From the IMG/VR virus record IMGVR_UViG_3300037419_002054, positions 35,122 through 99,121 of that record: a stretch of 64,000 nucleotides of DNA; one strand, 5' to 3'. The position numbers and the translations under genes were made by a program. Below are positions 44,397 to 52,620 of this stretch, piece by piece (position 1 is the stretch's first letter; each line of letters opens with the position of its first letter). The DNA is from a virus (taxonomy: Duplodnaviria; Heunggongvirae; Uroviricota; Caudoviricetes). The notes beneath the pieces were generated by a model. That model had not been told where the DNA came from. It searched no databases and saw nothing but the letters and a program-made list of their open reading frames with translations.

Positions 44397-44747
44397 CTAC
44401 CCGATCCCGATAACCGTCACGTCCAGGGGTTCACCCGAGGCGTCGAGGACGGCTTCGAAGCAGAGGGGCTTGAGCCGGGGGAGACCGAGGTTGATGAGGT
44501 GAGCGCAGTGTCGGCAGTAGTAGCGGTACGTCCCGCGGTTGTAGAAGGTGGCCGGGGTCTCCTTGCACACGGTACGGTTGCACTCTCCTCCCCAGTCCCC
44601 CTTCTTCGGCTGGAGGGCGAGGATTCGTTCCTCGATGGCCGAGTAGTCGACCGCGGGGCTCGGCGCGACTTCGGGGAGGAAGCTGCGACGCTCCCCAAGC
44701 CTCACCGGGATGTTCTGGAGGGGAGGGTGTCGGCGCGAGCGGCTCAC
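44397..44747 (-). CDS. hypothetical protein with CxxC..CRHC motif (116 aa)
   Basis: ORF. Confidence 0.45.
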   Translation of the reverse strand: MSRSRRHPPLQNIPVRLGERRSFLPEVAPSPAVDYSAIEERILALQPKKGDWGGECNRTVCKETPATFYNRGTYRYYCRHCAHLINLGLPRLKPLCFEAVLDASGEPLDVTVIGIG

Positions 44748-44911
44748 CGTCCCTCCTCGTCGTTCATTGCTTCGAGGTACGCGGCCACCTCGCGCTCCAC
44801 GCTCTCCAGGGCTTCGCGTACGTTCTCCCGGTTGTCGGCGCGAAGGTCGAAGATCCTGCCCACGGCCACGCAGGCGTCGATGCGGGCCTCCTCGATCTTC
44901 CCCTTGCTCAT
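44744..44911 (-). CDS. hypothetical small protein (55 aa)
   Basis: ATG 44909-44911 (MSKGKIEEARIDA), GGAGAT SD. Confidence 0.4.
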   Translation of the reverse strand: MSKGKIEEARIDACVAVGRIFDLRADNRENVREALESVEREVAAYLEAMNDEEGR

Positions 44912-45171
44912 CGGCCGATCTCCATCACCGTGCGCTCCACGTTCTCCAGCGCGTCCACCAGCTCCTTCGGCGCGACCCGGCTGAAGTCCACGTAGAAAGC
45001 ATCGAAGAGCGCGATCCCCACGATCAACAGCTTCACGCTCCAGTGGAGGCCGGTGAGGTGGAGGTAGGTGAAGACCGCCAGCCCCACGTTGAAGAGGATG
45101 GAGAGCGGCCAGCGGATGACGGGCGGGACGTTCCTCCACCAGCGGCGGGCGTTGCGAAGGGTGTCTCGCAT
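44908..45171 (-). CDS. small membrane protein (87 aa; alternative GTG start at 45333)
   Basis: ATG 45169-45171 with a perfect AAGGAGGTG SD. Two TM helices. The upstream 160 nt in-frame are low-complexity Arg/Gly. Confidence 0.45.
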   Translation of the reverse strand: MRDTLRNARRWWRNVPPVIRWPLSILFNVGLAVFTYLHLTGLHWSVKLLIVGIALFDAFYVDFSRVAPKELVDALENVERTVMEIGR

Positions 45172-45329
45172 CACACCACCTCCTTCCGCGGCACGCGCTT
45201 GGGGACGGCGTAGGAGACCACCGCGGTGATCTTGTCCTCGGGCACGTACGTCGAGTGATACGTGTGGCCGACGCAGCGGTACCAGACCCCCTCGGGCTCC
45301 CCGCGCGTCGTCGTGCTGTATCGTCTCTC

Positions 45330-45686
45330 TCACTTTAGCAGGAGGTTACGGAGCCGTCCCATGATCAGCTCCTCCACGTTGTTGGCCACGCGCTCGATCG
45401 TCTCCAGCCGCTGCCCCTTCGCGATGAGGAGCATCGTCCCCTCGGCGCAGGACCGGCAGGGGCTCCCCGGCACCTCGCTGAGCTGGTTGGCCTCCTCGTC
45501 GCACTGGTCGCACCGAATGAGGTCGTGGGGCCACGTGCTGCTGACGTGGACCCGTACGTTCGCCGCGTCCAGCGGAACCAGCTGCACCGTCTCCCTCACC
45601 GTGTTGACCTCCACGACGAAGTAGAGCCGGCCGCTCCAGCGGGCCACATTCCCGTGCGCCAGCCACTTCCAGGCTTCCTCGCTCAT
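45330..45686 (-). CDS. hypothetical protein with CDQC..CRSC motif (118 aa)
   Basis: ATG 45684-45686 with a GGAGGAGG SD. Confidence 0.45.
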   Translation of the reverse strand: MSEEAWKWLAHGNVARWSGRLYFVVEVNTVRETVQLVPLDAANVRVHVSSTWPHDLIRCDQCDEEANQLSEVPGSPCRSCAEGTMLLIAKGQRLETIERVANNVEELIMGRLRNLLLK

Positions 45687-45943
45687 CTCGCCTCCTCCGG
45701 CCGCGGGTGCATCGCGACGAGGACGGATCTCCGGTTGTAGTCCTCCATCGCGAGGCCCATCGCCATCTCGCGGATGCGCTCCTGTTCGGGAGCGCGATCC
45801 GTGCATCCGGTGTAGGCATGGAGGAGGCCGGAGAGCGCGCCGTCCCGCTGCTCCGGCGCGAGGTTCCAGAAGCTGCGGCTTCCCAGCGCCTCCATGAAGG
45901 CCCGGTGCTCCTGAAGGAAGTAGTCGTGCGTCGTCTCCAGCAT
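45683..45943 (-). CDS. hypothetical protein (86 aa)
   Basis: ATG 45941-45943, TGATG overlap. Confidence 0.4.
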   Translation of the reverse strand: MLETTHDYFLQEHRAFMEALGSRSFWNLAPEQRDGALSGLLHAYTGCTDRAPEQERIREMAMGLAMEDYNRRSVLVAMHPRPEEAR

Positions 45944-46209
45944 CAGTTCTCCTTCCCCTCGGCGCGCGCCCTCACCCCGGTCACGAGGAGGACGAGCTGC
46001 TGGAGGGCGTAGGCGTGGGCGGCGTCGAACTGCTCCTCGGTGAACGGCGGCTCCTTCCCGCGCCGGAGGTCGTGCGTCCGGGCGACCTCGAGGAAGGTCT
46101 GCTTGGCGATCTCCTCGGCGAGGTATCCGCCGACCTCTCCGCTGGCGAACGCCTCCAGAGCGTTCGCCAGCCCGATCATCGCCGCGGTGTTCAGCTCGTC
46201 CTGGGTCAT
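45943..46209 (-). CDS. hypothetical protein (88 aa)
   Basis: ATG 46207-46209 (MTQDELNTAAM), ATGA overlap. Confidence 0.4.
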   Translation of the reverse strand: MTQDELNTAAMIGLANALEAFASGEVGGYLAEEIAKQTFLEVARTHDLRRGKEPPFTEEQFDAAHAYALQQLVLLVTGVRARAEGKEN

Positions 46210-46451
46210 CCGTTCTCCACGAGTTTGACGAGGGAGGTGCAGCCGCACGGTACGCCGCACCCACAGTTGTGCTTGATCCGGATCACTCCCCGCTGGACGA
46301 GCGGCCAGAACGACCGCCCGTCGTAAAGGTCGTCCGCCTCCACCAGCGTCATCGTCCCCCGCTTCTTCGCGCGCGTGCGGAGGTCGTTGACGATCGCGCG
46401 CTGGTTGGCGGTTAGGTGCACTTTTAGTCCTCCTCGGGCAACTCGGCGCAC
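46206..46451 (-). CDS. hypothetical protein with CGCGVPCGC motif (81 aa or shorter)
   Basis: ORF. Confidence 0.4.
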   Translation of the reverse strand: MRRVARGGLKVHLTANQRAIVNDLRTRAKKRGTMTLVEADDLYDGRSFWPLVQRGVIRIKHNCGCGVPCGCTSLVKLVENG

Positions 46452-47029
46452 TCGGGGCAGAAGATCTCCTCGACCGGCGGAGCATCCTCATCGGCGCAGT
46501 CCAGCACCACCGGGGCGCCACAGCCGTGGCAGACGTAGGGGGCGAGCTCCGAGAGGATAAAGGCGTCGCTCAGCGGCTCCTCGATCTTCTCCGCGGCGCG
46601 AAGGTCGATGATGTAGACCTCATGGTCCGTCCCGGCGTACAGGCACCACCCTCCCACGGTGGAAGCGTGGGCGATCTGCTCCGCGGTCCCGGGGTCGCCG
46701 TGGCCGTGCTTCTCCAGCTGCGCGCGGAGATCCTCGTAGGTCGGCGCGTACCGGCTCTGCTGATCGGCCTCGTGGTACCAGCGGTACTGATTCCCGTTCG
46801 CGAGCAGCTCGTTGAGCGCGGCGAGCCAGAGGGGAACGCGGGCGCTGTGGCCCTCCTTCCCGTAGAGCTCGGGGTCGCTATCCGGGTGGGCGTAGTATTC
46901 CACCCACTCGATGATCCCGTCCATCCGGTCCGCGTCCGTCTCCCCGGGCTTGCACCCCTGGAGGACGCCGGCCACCAGCATCCGCTCGGCGGTGGTCAGC
47001 AGGTCGTTGTAGGTCTTCGCGTAGGGCAT
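46424..47029 (-). CDS. hypothetical protein (201 aa)
   Basis: ORF with a C-terminal CHGCG...CPEC. Confidence 0.5.
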   Translation of the reverse strand: MPYAKTYNDLLTTAERMLVAGVLQGCKPGETDADRMDGIIEWVEYYAHPDSDPELYGKEGHSARVPLWLAALNELLANGNQYRWYHEADQQSRYAPTYEDLRAQLEKHGHGDPGTAEQIAHASTVGGWCLYAGTDHEVYIIDLRAAEKIEEPLSDAFILSELAPYVCHGCGAPVVLDCADEDAPPVEEIFCPECAELPEED

Positions 47030-47041
47030 GGGTTCCTCGGT

Positions 47042-47551
47042 TCAGAAGGAGGTGAAGAAGACGCGCCAGCCGGAGACCTTCTTCGCGCGCTTCCGGCGGG
47101 GGTTCGGGTTTTTGTCCCGGGCGTAGGCGGTCACGGTTCCGTGGCGGCCGCCGATGAAGACGTGGATATGGCAGTCCGCGAGGCAGTGCTCGTGCGGGGA
47201 GTCCTTCCGGCCGATGGTGACCGACATGCTGAGGTCCCCGCGGGGCAGACGCTCCACGTAAGCGTTCTTCACGAAGTAGCGGTCCGCGTACTCGTCCCCG
47301 TAGCGCGAGCGGGCGAAGTTGGCGAGAACCCACTCCTGCGCCTTGATCTGGCTGGGAGTCACCTCCTCCGCGCGACGCTTGGGCTCCCGGCGCGGGATCT
47401 TGTGCCCGCAGTTCCGGCACTCCCACACGGGAACGAGGCCGGTACGGTCCTCGTTAAGGTCCAGCTCGCGGCCCAGGATCGCTCCGCCGTCCGGGCAGCA
47501 GCGGGGGCAGGCGGCGATCTTGTAGTCCTTGCGGTAGCCGAGGTCAGCCAT
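47042..47551 (-). CDS. hypothetical protein with zinc ribbon (169 aa)
   Basis: ATG 47549-47551, 40 nt downstream of the cassette promoter at 47598-47626. Sequence MADLGYRKDYKIAACPRCC... Confidence 0.5.
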   Translation of the reverse strand: MADLGYRKDYKIAACPRCCPDGGAILGRELDLNEDRTGLVPVWECRNCGHKIPRREPKRRAEEVTPSQIKAQEWVLANFARSRYGDEYADRYFVKNAYVERLPRGDLSMSVTIGRKDSPHEHCLADCHIHVFIGGRHGTVTAYARDKNPNPRRKRAKKVSGWRVFFTSF

Positions 47552-47597
47552 TGGAGTCTCCGGGGGGTGCGGCGTGCGCTCTCTGAACCTTGGGAGA

Positions 47598-47626
47598 ATA
47601 ATACACGAATCCCCTCCCGGCGTCAA
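47598..47626 (-). promoter_or_regulatory. cassette promoter (minus) embedded in a hairpin; terminator-promoter module 47575-47650
   Basis: Minus strand TTGACG-17-TATTAT. Arms GAATCCCCTCC/GGAGGGGATTC (47607-47646) flank the -35. Leader CTCCCAAGGTTCAGAGAGCGCAC. Confidence 0.65.
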
Positions 47627-47668
47627 CAACTTCCGAGAGGGGATTCTTTCACTGCCCGTCGGGCGGAC

Positions 47669-47995
47669 CTACTCGCCGCTCATCCGGTGGTCGATGCACC
47701 AGCGGACGGTCCGGTGCTGGGTGGGAACACGACGGGTGCACCCCCGGACGAGCTGCCCGGGCTGCAGCCGCTGGGATACCTCGGCCCGCGGCACCCAGTA
47801 GAAGACGCGACGGCGGCCCAGGGACTGCAGCTTCACTTCCGCCTGCTGGATCTCCACCACCCGGTAGTGCGCGGTCCGGGAGGGAGGCCGCTGGTGTACC
47901 TGCGCTCCCGAGGAGGTGGCGAAGGAGAGGGCGGCGAGGAGCGCGGTCACCATCGCGGCGGCACGGCTCGGGTACTTCCGGGCGAAGTTCAGCAT
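47669..47995 (-). CDS. small secreted protein (108 aa, N-terminal signal peptide)
   Basis: MVTALLAALSFATSSGAQV is signal-like. AGGAGAT SD. Confidence 0.45.
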   Translation of the reverse strand: MLNFARKYPSRAAAMVTALLAALSFATSSGAQVHQRPPSRTAHYRVVEIQQAEVKLQSLGRRRVFYWVPRAEVSQRLQPGQLVRGCTRRVPTQHRTVRWCIDHRMSGE

Positions 47996-48023
47996 CTTCC
48001 GATCTCCTGTAGATGAAGGGGGC

Positions 48024-48052
48024 GGGTGCGGCCGGCTTCTCCAGCCGCACCC
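48024..48052 (-). terminator. terminator-like hairpin
   Basis: GGGTGCGGC-11nt-GCCGCACCC. Confidence 0.4.
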
Positions 48053-48061
48053 CGGGTGGTC

Positions 48062-48418
48062 CTACTCCTCTTCGGACTGACCGCGGACCCACCCACAGTG
48101 CGGGCAGGGCTCGCCGTGCTCCACGTACTCGTAGGGGTAGGAACCGCCGCACTTCTCGCAGATGGTTTCGTCCTCCTCCGGCACGTCCGAGGTCTCCACC
48201 AGCCCCAGGCTCGCCGCCACCTCGAACCCGCGCGCCGTGGGCTTGTACTGCTCCTCCGTCTCCTCGGCGAGGCCCAGCTCGATCAGCCGGCGGAACGTCC
48301 TCGGGGCTCCGAGCGCGTGCGCCACCGTCTTCTCCACTCCGCCCTCGAACCCGCAGAGGTCGCGAAGGACCCGCTCCTGCGTCTCGGTGAGCTCCGGGAT
48401 ACCGCTCGTCTCGGTCAT
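48062..48418 (-). CDS. zinc-ribbon protein (118 aa)
   Basis: CEKCGGSYPYEYVEHGEPCPHCGW. Downstream of the cassette promoter at 48467-48495. Confidence 0.5.
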   Translation of the reverse strand: MTETSGIPELTETQERVLRDLCGFEGGVEKTVAHALGAPRTFRRLIELGLAEETEEQYKPTARGFEVAASLGLVETSDVPEEDETICEKCGGSYPYEYVEHGEPCPHCGWVRGQSEEE

Positions 48419-48466
48419 CCTGCCTCCTCATGAAAGGGGTTGGACTGCGTCCGACCTACGTGGAGA

Positions 48467-48495
48467 ATAATACACGAATCCCCTCCCGGAGTCAA
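48467..48495 (-). promoter_or_regulatory. cassette promoter (minus) with hairpin over -35
   Basis: TTGACT-17-TATTAT; arms 48477-48487 / 48505-48513. Confidence 0.6.
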
Positions 48496-48526
48496 CAACT
48501 TCCGAGAGGGGATTTCATCGATGCGG

Positions 48527-48712
48527 TCACTTCGTAGGTCCGCCCTTGTACTTGCCGAGGTTCTCCTGATGTTGACGTCCCCGCTCGTGCGATCCGCGGG
48601 CAAGGGCGTTGGTGCTGATCCGAACGTAGCAGATCCGGCACGTTTGGTGCCGCGGGCCGTTTGGGGTGTAGAGCGGCCGAGGGAGCCCCGGCCGGCGGTC
48701 TTCCTCGCCCAT
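48527..48712 (-). CDS. small basic protein (61 aa)
   Basis: AGGAGG SD; CRICYVRIS. Confidence 0.4.
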   Translation of the reverse strand: MGEEDRRPGLPRPLYTPNGPRHQTCRICYVRISTNALARGSHERGRQHQENLGKYKGGPTK

Positions 48713-48715
48713 AGG

Positions 48716-48907
48716 TCAGTCCTCCTGCAGCCACCACTCCGGGACGAGCGCCATGGTGAGCCCGAAGGCCACCTCCTTCTTCCCGTCCTTGTCCCCGATC
48801 AGCATCCCGCGGGAGCCGTTCGGGATGCGGTCGATGACGACGTCGGCGTCGTCGAGGACCGTGAGCTGGCCCCAGGGGCTGTTGAGCTTCACGTAGCGGG
48901 CCGCCAT
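48716..48907 (-). CDS. hypothetical protein (63 aa)
   Basis: ORF. Confidence 0.4.
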   Translation of the reverse strand: MAARYVKLNSPWGQLTVLDDADVVIDRIPNGSRGMLIGDKDGKKEVAFGLTMALVPEWWLQED

Positions 48908-48908
48908 C

Positions 48909-49049
48909 TCAGCCTCCGGTGAGAACGTACGTGAGGAACCAGACGCCCATCACGAGCCCCGCGAAGCGGTAGCTGCCGGTCTTGCCGAGCACGGCCACCG
49001 CGGCGTAGATCGCGAAGAGCAGGGGGAGCCAGAAGCGGAGCGCGTTCAT
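48909..49049 (-). CDS. small membrane protein (46 aa)
   Basis: MNALRFWLPLLFAIYAAVAVLGKTGSYRFAGLVMGVWFLTYVLTGG. GGAGGT SD. Confidence 0.35.
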   Translation of the reverse strand: MNALRFWLPLLFAIYAAVAVLGKTGSYRFAGLVMGVWFLTYVLTGG

Positions 49050-49561
49050 TCTACCTCCGGAGCCGAGGGTAAGGACTGTCGCAGCCCGGCGTTGAGCCGG
49101 AGCAGCACGTAGTGGAAGAGCGTAACCGAGAACAGGGCGAAGAGGTTCGCCTCGTCCTCCTGCCGCTGGAACGCCCGCACCTCGTCCGGCGCAAGGCGCG
49201 CGGGATTGAGCGCGTATGCGGAGTTCGGGGTGTGCGGGAGCAGGTGATGCCCGAGCTCGTGGAGGATCGCGTGGGCCTGCTCTACGAGGTCCAGGTCCGT
49301 GTCCAGCCAGATCACGGACAGCGTGGCCGTCTTGATGAGGCAGGCCGGTAGACTCGGCGCGGGCCGCCGCCGGATCTCCAGCCCGTGGGCCGAGGCGGCC
49401 AGCTCCGCCCAAAGGAGGAGGGCGGAGTCCACGGAGACGCAGCGGGCCATGTCCGGGATGCCGTTCCAGACCACCACGCTGGCGGTGTCAACGGCACGGA
49501 GGAGGATCGCGCCCGTGCGATCCTCCTCTACCGGGAGGCTACTCCTCGTCATCGTCTTCAA
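49046..49561 (-). CDS. ImmA/IrrE-family (COG2856) HExxH zinc metallopeptidase domain protein (171 aa)
   Basis: Motif AHAILHELGHHLLPH is the diagnostic HExxH block of the ImmA/IrrE family. Confidence 0.55.
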   Translation of the reverse strand: MKTMTRSSLPVEEDRTGAILLRAVDTASVVVWNGIPDMARCVSVDSALLLWAELAASAHGLEIRRRPAPSLPACLIKTATLSVIWLDTDLDLVEQAHAILHELGHHLLPHTPNSAYALNPARLAPDEVRAFQRQEDEANLFALFSVTLFHYVLLRLNAGLRQSLPSAPEVE

Positions 49562-49682
49562 CGGAGTCGATGTTGAGCACTCCGTCCCGGACGTACGCCT
49601 CAGCCTCCGGGTAGCCGTCCACGATCACCTCCATCTCGTCCGGGAGGCCGGCGAGGGCCTCCCGCAGCTGACGCACGTTCAT
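49539..49682 (-). CDS. small acidic protein (47 aa)
   Basis: Not in the ORF track. Verified translation MNVRQLREALAGLPDEMEVIVDGYPEAEAYVRDGVLNIDSVEDDDEE. Confidence 0.35.
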   Translation of the reverse strand: MNVRQLREALAGLPDEMEVIVDGYPEAEAYVRDGVLNIDSVEDDDEE

Positions 49683-49694
49683 AGTTCGCCCCTT

Positions 49695-49844
49695 TCAGGC
49701 GTAGTAGGTGTCGCGTGGATCCAGCCCGGGCTCCGGCCGGTATTCGGGGATGGCGACGACCTCGCCGCGAAGGATCTCGGGGCACTGCTCGCAGGAGCCG
49801 GCCGCGTCCAGCCGCAGGGAGCAGAGGGGGCAATGCGTCGGCAT
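49695..49844 (-). CDS. zinc-ribbon microprotein (49 aa)
   Basis: MPTHCPLCSLRLDAAGSCEQCPE... GGGAGG SD. Confidence 0.4.
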   Translation of the reverse strand: MPTHCPLCSLRLDAAGSCEQCPEILRGEVVAIPEYRPEPGLDPRDTYYA

Positions 49845-49848
49845 CTCT

Positions 49849-50088
49849 TTACGCCTCCCTCTCGACGCCCAGCGTCTCCAGGGTCGGGAGCCCGCAGTCC
49901 GGGTGCTCCGCGAGGTACTGCTCATACGCGTCCGTGGGGCAGTAGCCCCAGCCGAGGTTGCCGGCCGTGGCGTTCCACGCCTGCAGGTTCAACGCATTCA
50001 CCTCGTCCTGGGTGGTGAGCGCGCGTGCCTCGTAGAGGTTGCCGCCGTCTCCGTCCGAGAGGACGTACAGCTTGGGCTTCTGTTCCAT
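49849..50088 (-). CDS. hypothetical protein (79 aa)
   Basis: ATG 50086-50088, downstream of the cassette promoter at 50135-50163. Confidence 0.45.
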   Translation of the reverse strand: MEQKPKLYVLSDGDGGNLYEARALTTQDEVNALNLQAWNATAGNLGWGYCPTDAYEQYLAEHPDCGLPTLETLGVEREA

Positions 50089-50134
50089 CGGGATCTCCCG
50101 CGGTAGGGGGTAAAGGGCCACTCAACCTGTGAGG

Positions 50135-50163
50135 ATAATACACGGAGCCTCCTCCGGAGTCAA
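50135..50163 (-). promoter_or_regulatory. cassette promoter (minus) with covarying hairpin
   Basis: TTGACT-17-TATTAT. Arms GAGCCTCCTCCGG / CCGGAGGAGGC (50145-50181) have different sequence but the same structure. Confidence 0.6.
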
Positions 50164-50195
50164 CATCTTCCGGAGGAGGCCGGGCCTTATGGATC

Positions 50196-50687
50196 TCAGC
50201 TGACGTAGGGCTTCAGCTCCGGGTGCTGCCGGAGGCAGTCCGGGCCAATCGGAAGACCGCCGACGTATCCGGCGTCATTCACGTCCGCGCTTCCCGGAAC
50301 CGCGGCGTAGGCGCCACCGTCCACCACCTCCAGGTAGTGGCGGGGGTTCTTCACCTCCCGGCCGCAGACCACGCAGGGGTCCTTCTCGCAGGGCTCCCGG
50401 TAGGGCTTTGTCGACTCCGGGATGCGCACGCGGGGCTCGGGGATGAGGAGAGCCGCCGGGACGGCGCAGGTGAACTTCTTGAACCGGACCAGCGCCAGCT
50501 GCACGCCGTCCCCGCAGATGGCGCGGAGCCCGGCCGCGCGCTCCTGCTCAGACGGCGTGGAGTCCCGGAGGCCGAGAACGACGCCGGCCGTTCCCACCAC
50601 GGGCGCGTCCTGGATCTCGCGCGCCTGCAGGTCCGCGTACGCCGCGGGGGTCATGAAGATCTTGGCGCCCTTGGTAATCTCCGTCAT
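50196..50687 (-). CDS. hypothetical protein (163 aa)
   Basis: Downstream of the cassette promoter at 50732-50760. Confidence 0.5.
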   Translation of the reverse strand: MTEITKGAKIFMTPAAYADLQAREIQDAPVVGTAGVVLGLRDSTPSEQERAAGLRAICGDGVQLALVRFKKFTCAVPAALLIPEPRVRIPESTKPYREPCEKDPCVVCGREVKNPRHYLEVVDGGAYAAVPGSADVNDAGYVGGLPIGPDCLRQHPELKPYVS

Positions 50688-50731
50688 CTCTCCGCTCTCC
50701 GTTTGGGGGTGGACCGCTCAACCATGGGAGA

Positions 50732-50760
50732 ATAATACACGAATCCTCTCCGATGGTCAA
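50732..50760 (-). promoter_or_regulatory. cassette promoter (minus) with covarying hairpin
   Basis: TTGACC-17-TATTAT. Arms GAATCCTCTCCG / CGGAGAGGATTTC (50741-50782). Confidence 0.6.
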
Positions 50761-50803
50761 CACTTTCTGCGGAGAGGATTTCGTTGACGGGTGACGGAGC
50801 AGG

Positions 50804-51370
50804 TCAGGCCGGGTAGACTAGCACCACGCCGTCGCTCCAGTTCTCGAGGTGGAAGCCTTCCGGGGTGGCCCACGGGTGAACGAGCCAGGGCGTGCCGTCG
50901 TCCCAGCAGTAGTCGATCTGCGTGCCGAAGGGGAGGAAGGTGAGGCCGCCTACATCGATGCCGATACCCCACAGCGCGCGGCGGCCGGCGCGCTCGTTCA
51001 CCTCCGGGGTCAGCACCTTCACGTTCTCCGGACCCGCGCCCACGGTCCCGAGGATCACCCGCGCGGCCTCGGCCAGCTTCTCCGCCACGCGCTCCGCGGT
51101 CTCCGGCTCCTTCGCCATCTGCCGGGCGTGCTCCCGGAGGGCGGAGATGATCCAGTCCCGGGAGACGTCGGTGCCGTCCGGGTTCTCGATGAGGGGGACC
51201 TTCCGGAGGGCTTCCGGGTTAGCGGTCCCGTAGTGCCACGCGATCCAGCCCTTCGGGAGCCCGTGCTTGGTGAGCCCGGCGAACTCCTCGTCGGTCATCC
51301 CGCCGTTGGCGAAGCGGCCGACCGTCCCGTTGATCCGGCGGCCCAGGTGGTGCGCGATGAGTCCCTGCAT
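50804..51370 (-). CDS. hypothetical protein (188 aa)
   Basis: ORF. Confidence 0.5.
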   Translation of the reverse strand: MQGLIAHHLGRRINGTVGRFANGGMTDEEFAGLTKHGLPKGWIAWHYGTANPEALRKVPLIENPDGTDVSRDWIISALREHARQMAKEPETAERVAEKLAEAARVILGTVGAGPENVKVLTPEVNERAGRRALWGIGIDVGGLTFLPFGTQIDYCWDDGTPWLVHPWATPEGFHLENWSDGVVLVYPA

Positions 51371-51401
51371 CGTTCGGTCTCCAGTTCGGGGGTTTTAGAT
51401 C

Positions 51402-51653
51402 TCAGCGGCCGGCGGCGGTCCCGCGACGGTCCTCGGCGTCCGCGAGGATCTCCACGAGTTCCTTCATCCACTCCTCGAGGGTGAGGTCCGCGAGGAGGTA
51501 GACGTTCACGCTGGTGGTGAAGGCGCCTTCTACGGCGGCGCCGGTGAAGTAGAAGTACCCGGAGCCCTTCACCAGCTGGGCGTCGATTCCGGCGGCGCGG
51601 ATCACCTTGTTGACGTCGGCCACGGCGCGGGGATAGCGCTGCATGTTAGGCAT
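51402..51653 (-). CDS. hypothetical protein (83 aa)
   Basis: ATG 51651-51653, 41 nt downstream of the cassette promoter at 51695-51723. Confidence 0.45.
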   Translation of the reverse strand: MPNMQRYPRAVADVNKVIRAAGIDAQLVKGSGYFYFTGAAVEGAFTTSVNVYLLADLTLEEWMKELVEILADAEDRRGTAAGR

Positions 51654-51694
51654 CGGGGTCTCTCCGTTTGGGTGCGCTCTCTCAACCTTGGGAG

Positions 51695-51723
51695 AATAAT
51701 ACACGAATCCCCTCCCGGCGTCA
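51695..51723 (-). promoter_or_regulatory. cassette promoter (minus) with hairpin
   Basis: TTGACG-17-TATTAT. Arms 51704-51714 / 51734-51743. Conserved leader CTCCCAAGGTTGAGAGAGCGCACCC. Confidence 0.65.
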
Positions 51724-51862
51724 ACACTTTCCGAGAGGGGATTTCACTGACCGCTATCGCTTCCGTTCCGGCGGCCCCCACGTGAACCCGATGAACCACC
51801 GCCAGAGGACGAAGCCGACCCCCGGCCGGCCCTCCACGTCGTGTATCCCGAACCGGGGCATT

Positions 51863-52114
51863 CTACGCCTCCTGCGGAAGGTCGATGATGACGGCCACGC
51901 GGCGGGGGTCGTCCGCCGCCTCGCCGAGCTTCTTCATCAGCTCCGCGAGGATCGCCTTCACCGCGGCGCTGGCGTCGTCCAGCGCGACCGTGGACAGCTC
52001 GCCCTCGTCGGCCATATCCTCCAGGTTCTCCTCCAGATCGCGCTCGAAGTCCCGATCCCCGAGGGCGGTGGCGATCACGTTCAGCGCGGCGCGCGTAGCA
52101 GCAGAGGTTGGCAT
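51863..52114 (-). CDS. hypothetical acidic protein (83 aa)
   Basis: ORF. Confidence 0.45.
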   Translation of the reverse strand: MPTSAATRAALNVIATALGDRDFERDLEENLEDMADEGELSTVALDDASAAVKAILAELMKKLGEAADDPRRVAVIIDLPQEA

Positions 52115-52118
52115 CGGT

Positions 52119-52298
52119 TCAGCTCTCCAGTAGGGCGTCGACCTTGGGGTTGTGGCTGATGATCCCGAGGATCTTCCAGCCCTCTCCGTATAGCGTCGTG
52201 AAGTCCACGTCGTATTCGAAGCCGGCGTCCTCCAGCTCCTGGGACACGCGGATCACGTCGTCTTCCTCGAGGTGGTATTCGGCGCGGTGCTGCGGCAT
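52119..52298 (-). CDS. hypothetical small protein (59 aa)
   Basis: Not in the ORF track. Verified translation MPQHRAEYHLEEDDVIRVSQELEDAGFEYDVDFTTLYGEGWKILGIISHNPKVDALLES. Downstream of the cassette promoter at 52349-52378. Confidence 0.4.
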   Translation of the reverse strand: MPQHRAEYHLEEDDVIRVSQELEDAGFEYDVDFTTLYGEGWKILGIISHNPKVDALLES

Positions 52299-52348
52299 GA
52301 CGGGGGCTCCCGTTGGGGTAGTGGGTGCGCTCTCTCAACCTGTGGAGA

Positions 52349-52378
52349 AAGATACACGCACCCACCTCCCGTGGTCAA
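52349..52378 (-). promoter_or_regulatory. cassette promoter (minus), degenerate copy
   Basis: TTGACC-18-TATCTT; leader CTCCACAGGTTGAGAGAGCGCACCC. Only a weak 7-bp inverted repeat. Confidence 0.45.
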
Positions 52379-52620
52379 CAGTTTCCGTTCTCTCCCTCCT
52401 CCGGGAGGATGGGTTCGCGGCACCGCTTGCAGGTGGAGTCGTACTGCTCCGGGTAGGTCTCCAGTAGGTAGTCCAGCTCACCGGAGTCCAGCGGGTACGC
52501 CTGGGTACGCTCGGTGCGATCCTTCTTCGCCTCCCCCTCCCGAATGCTCTCGCCGCAGGAGGGGCAGAGGATCATGCTCGCGTCCCCGATCCCGTAGATG
52601 TAGGCGACGGTCTTGCTCAC
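52375..52620 (-). CDS. zinc-ribbon protein (about 81 aa)
   Basis: GTG start in a GTGA overlap. CPSCGES...CKRCREP. Confidence 0.4.
   Translation of the reverse strand: MSKTVAYIYGIGDASMILCPSCGESIREGEAKKDRTERTQAYPLDSGELDYLLETYPEQYDSTCKRCREPILPEEGENGNC

Noticed and set aside
45172-45333. Extending gene 44908..45171 upstream to the GTG at 45333, which overlaps the previous stop as GTGA.
   Set aside because: The added 54 residues are low-complexity Arg/Gly (MRETIQHDDARGARGGLVPLRRPHV...). A perfect AAGGAGGTG SD precedes the ATG at 45171. This is kept as an alternative only.
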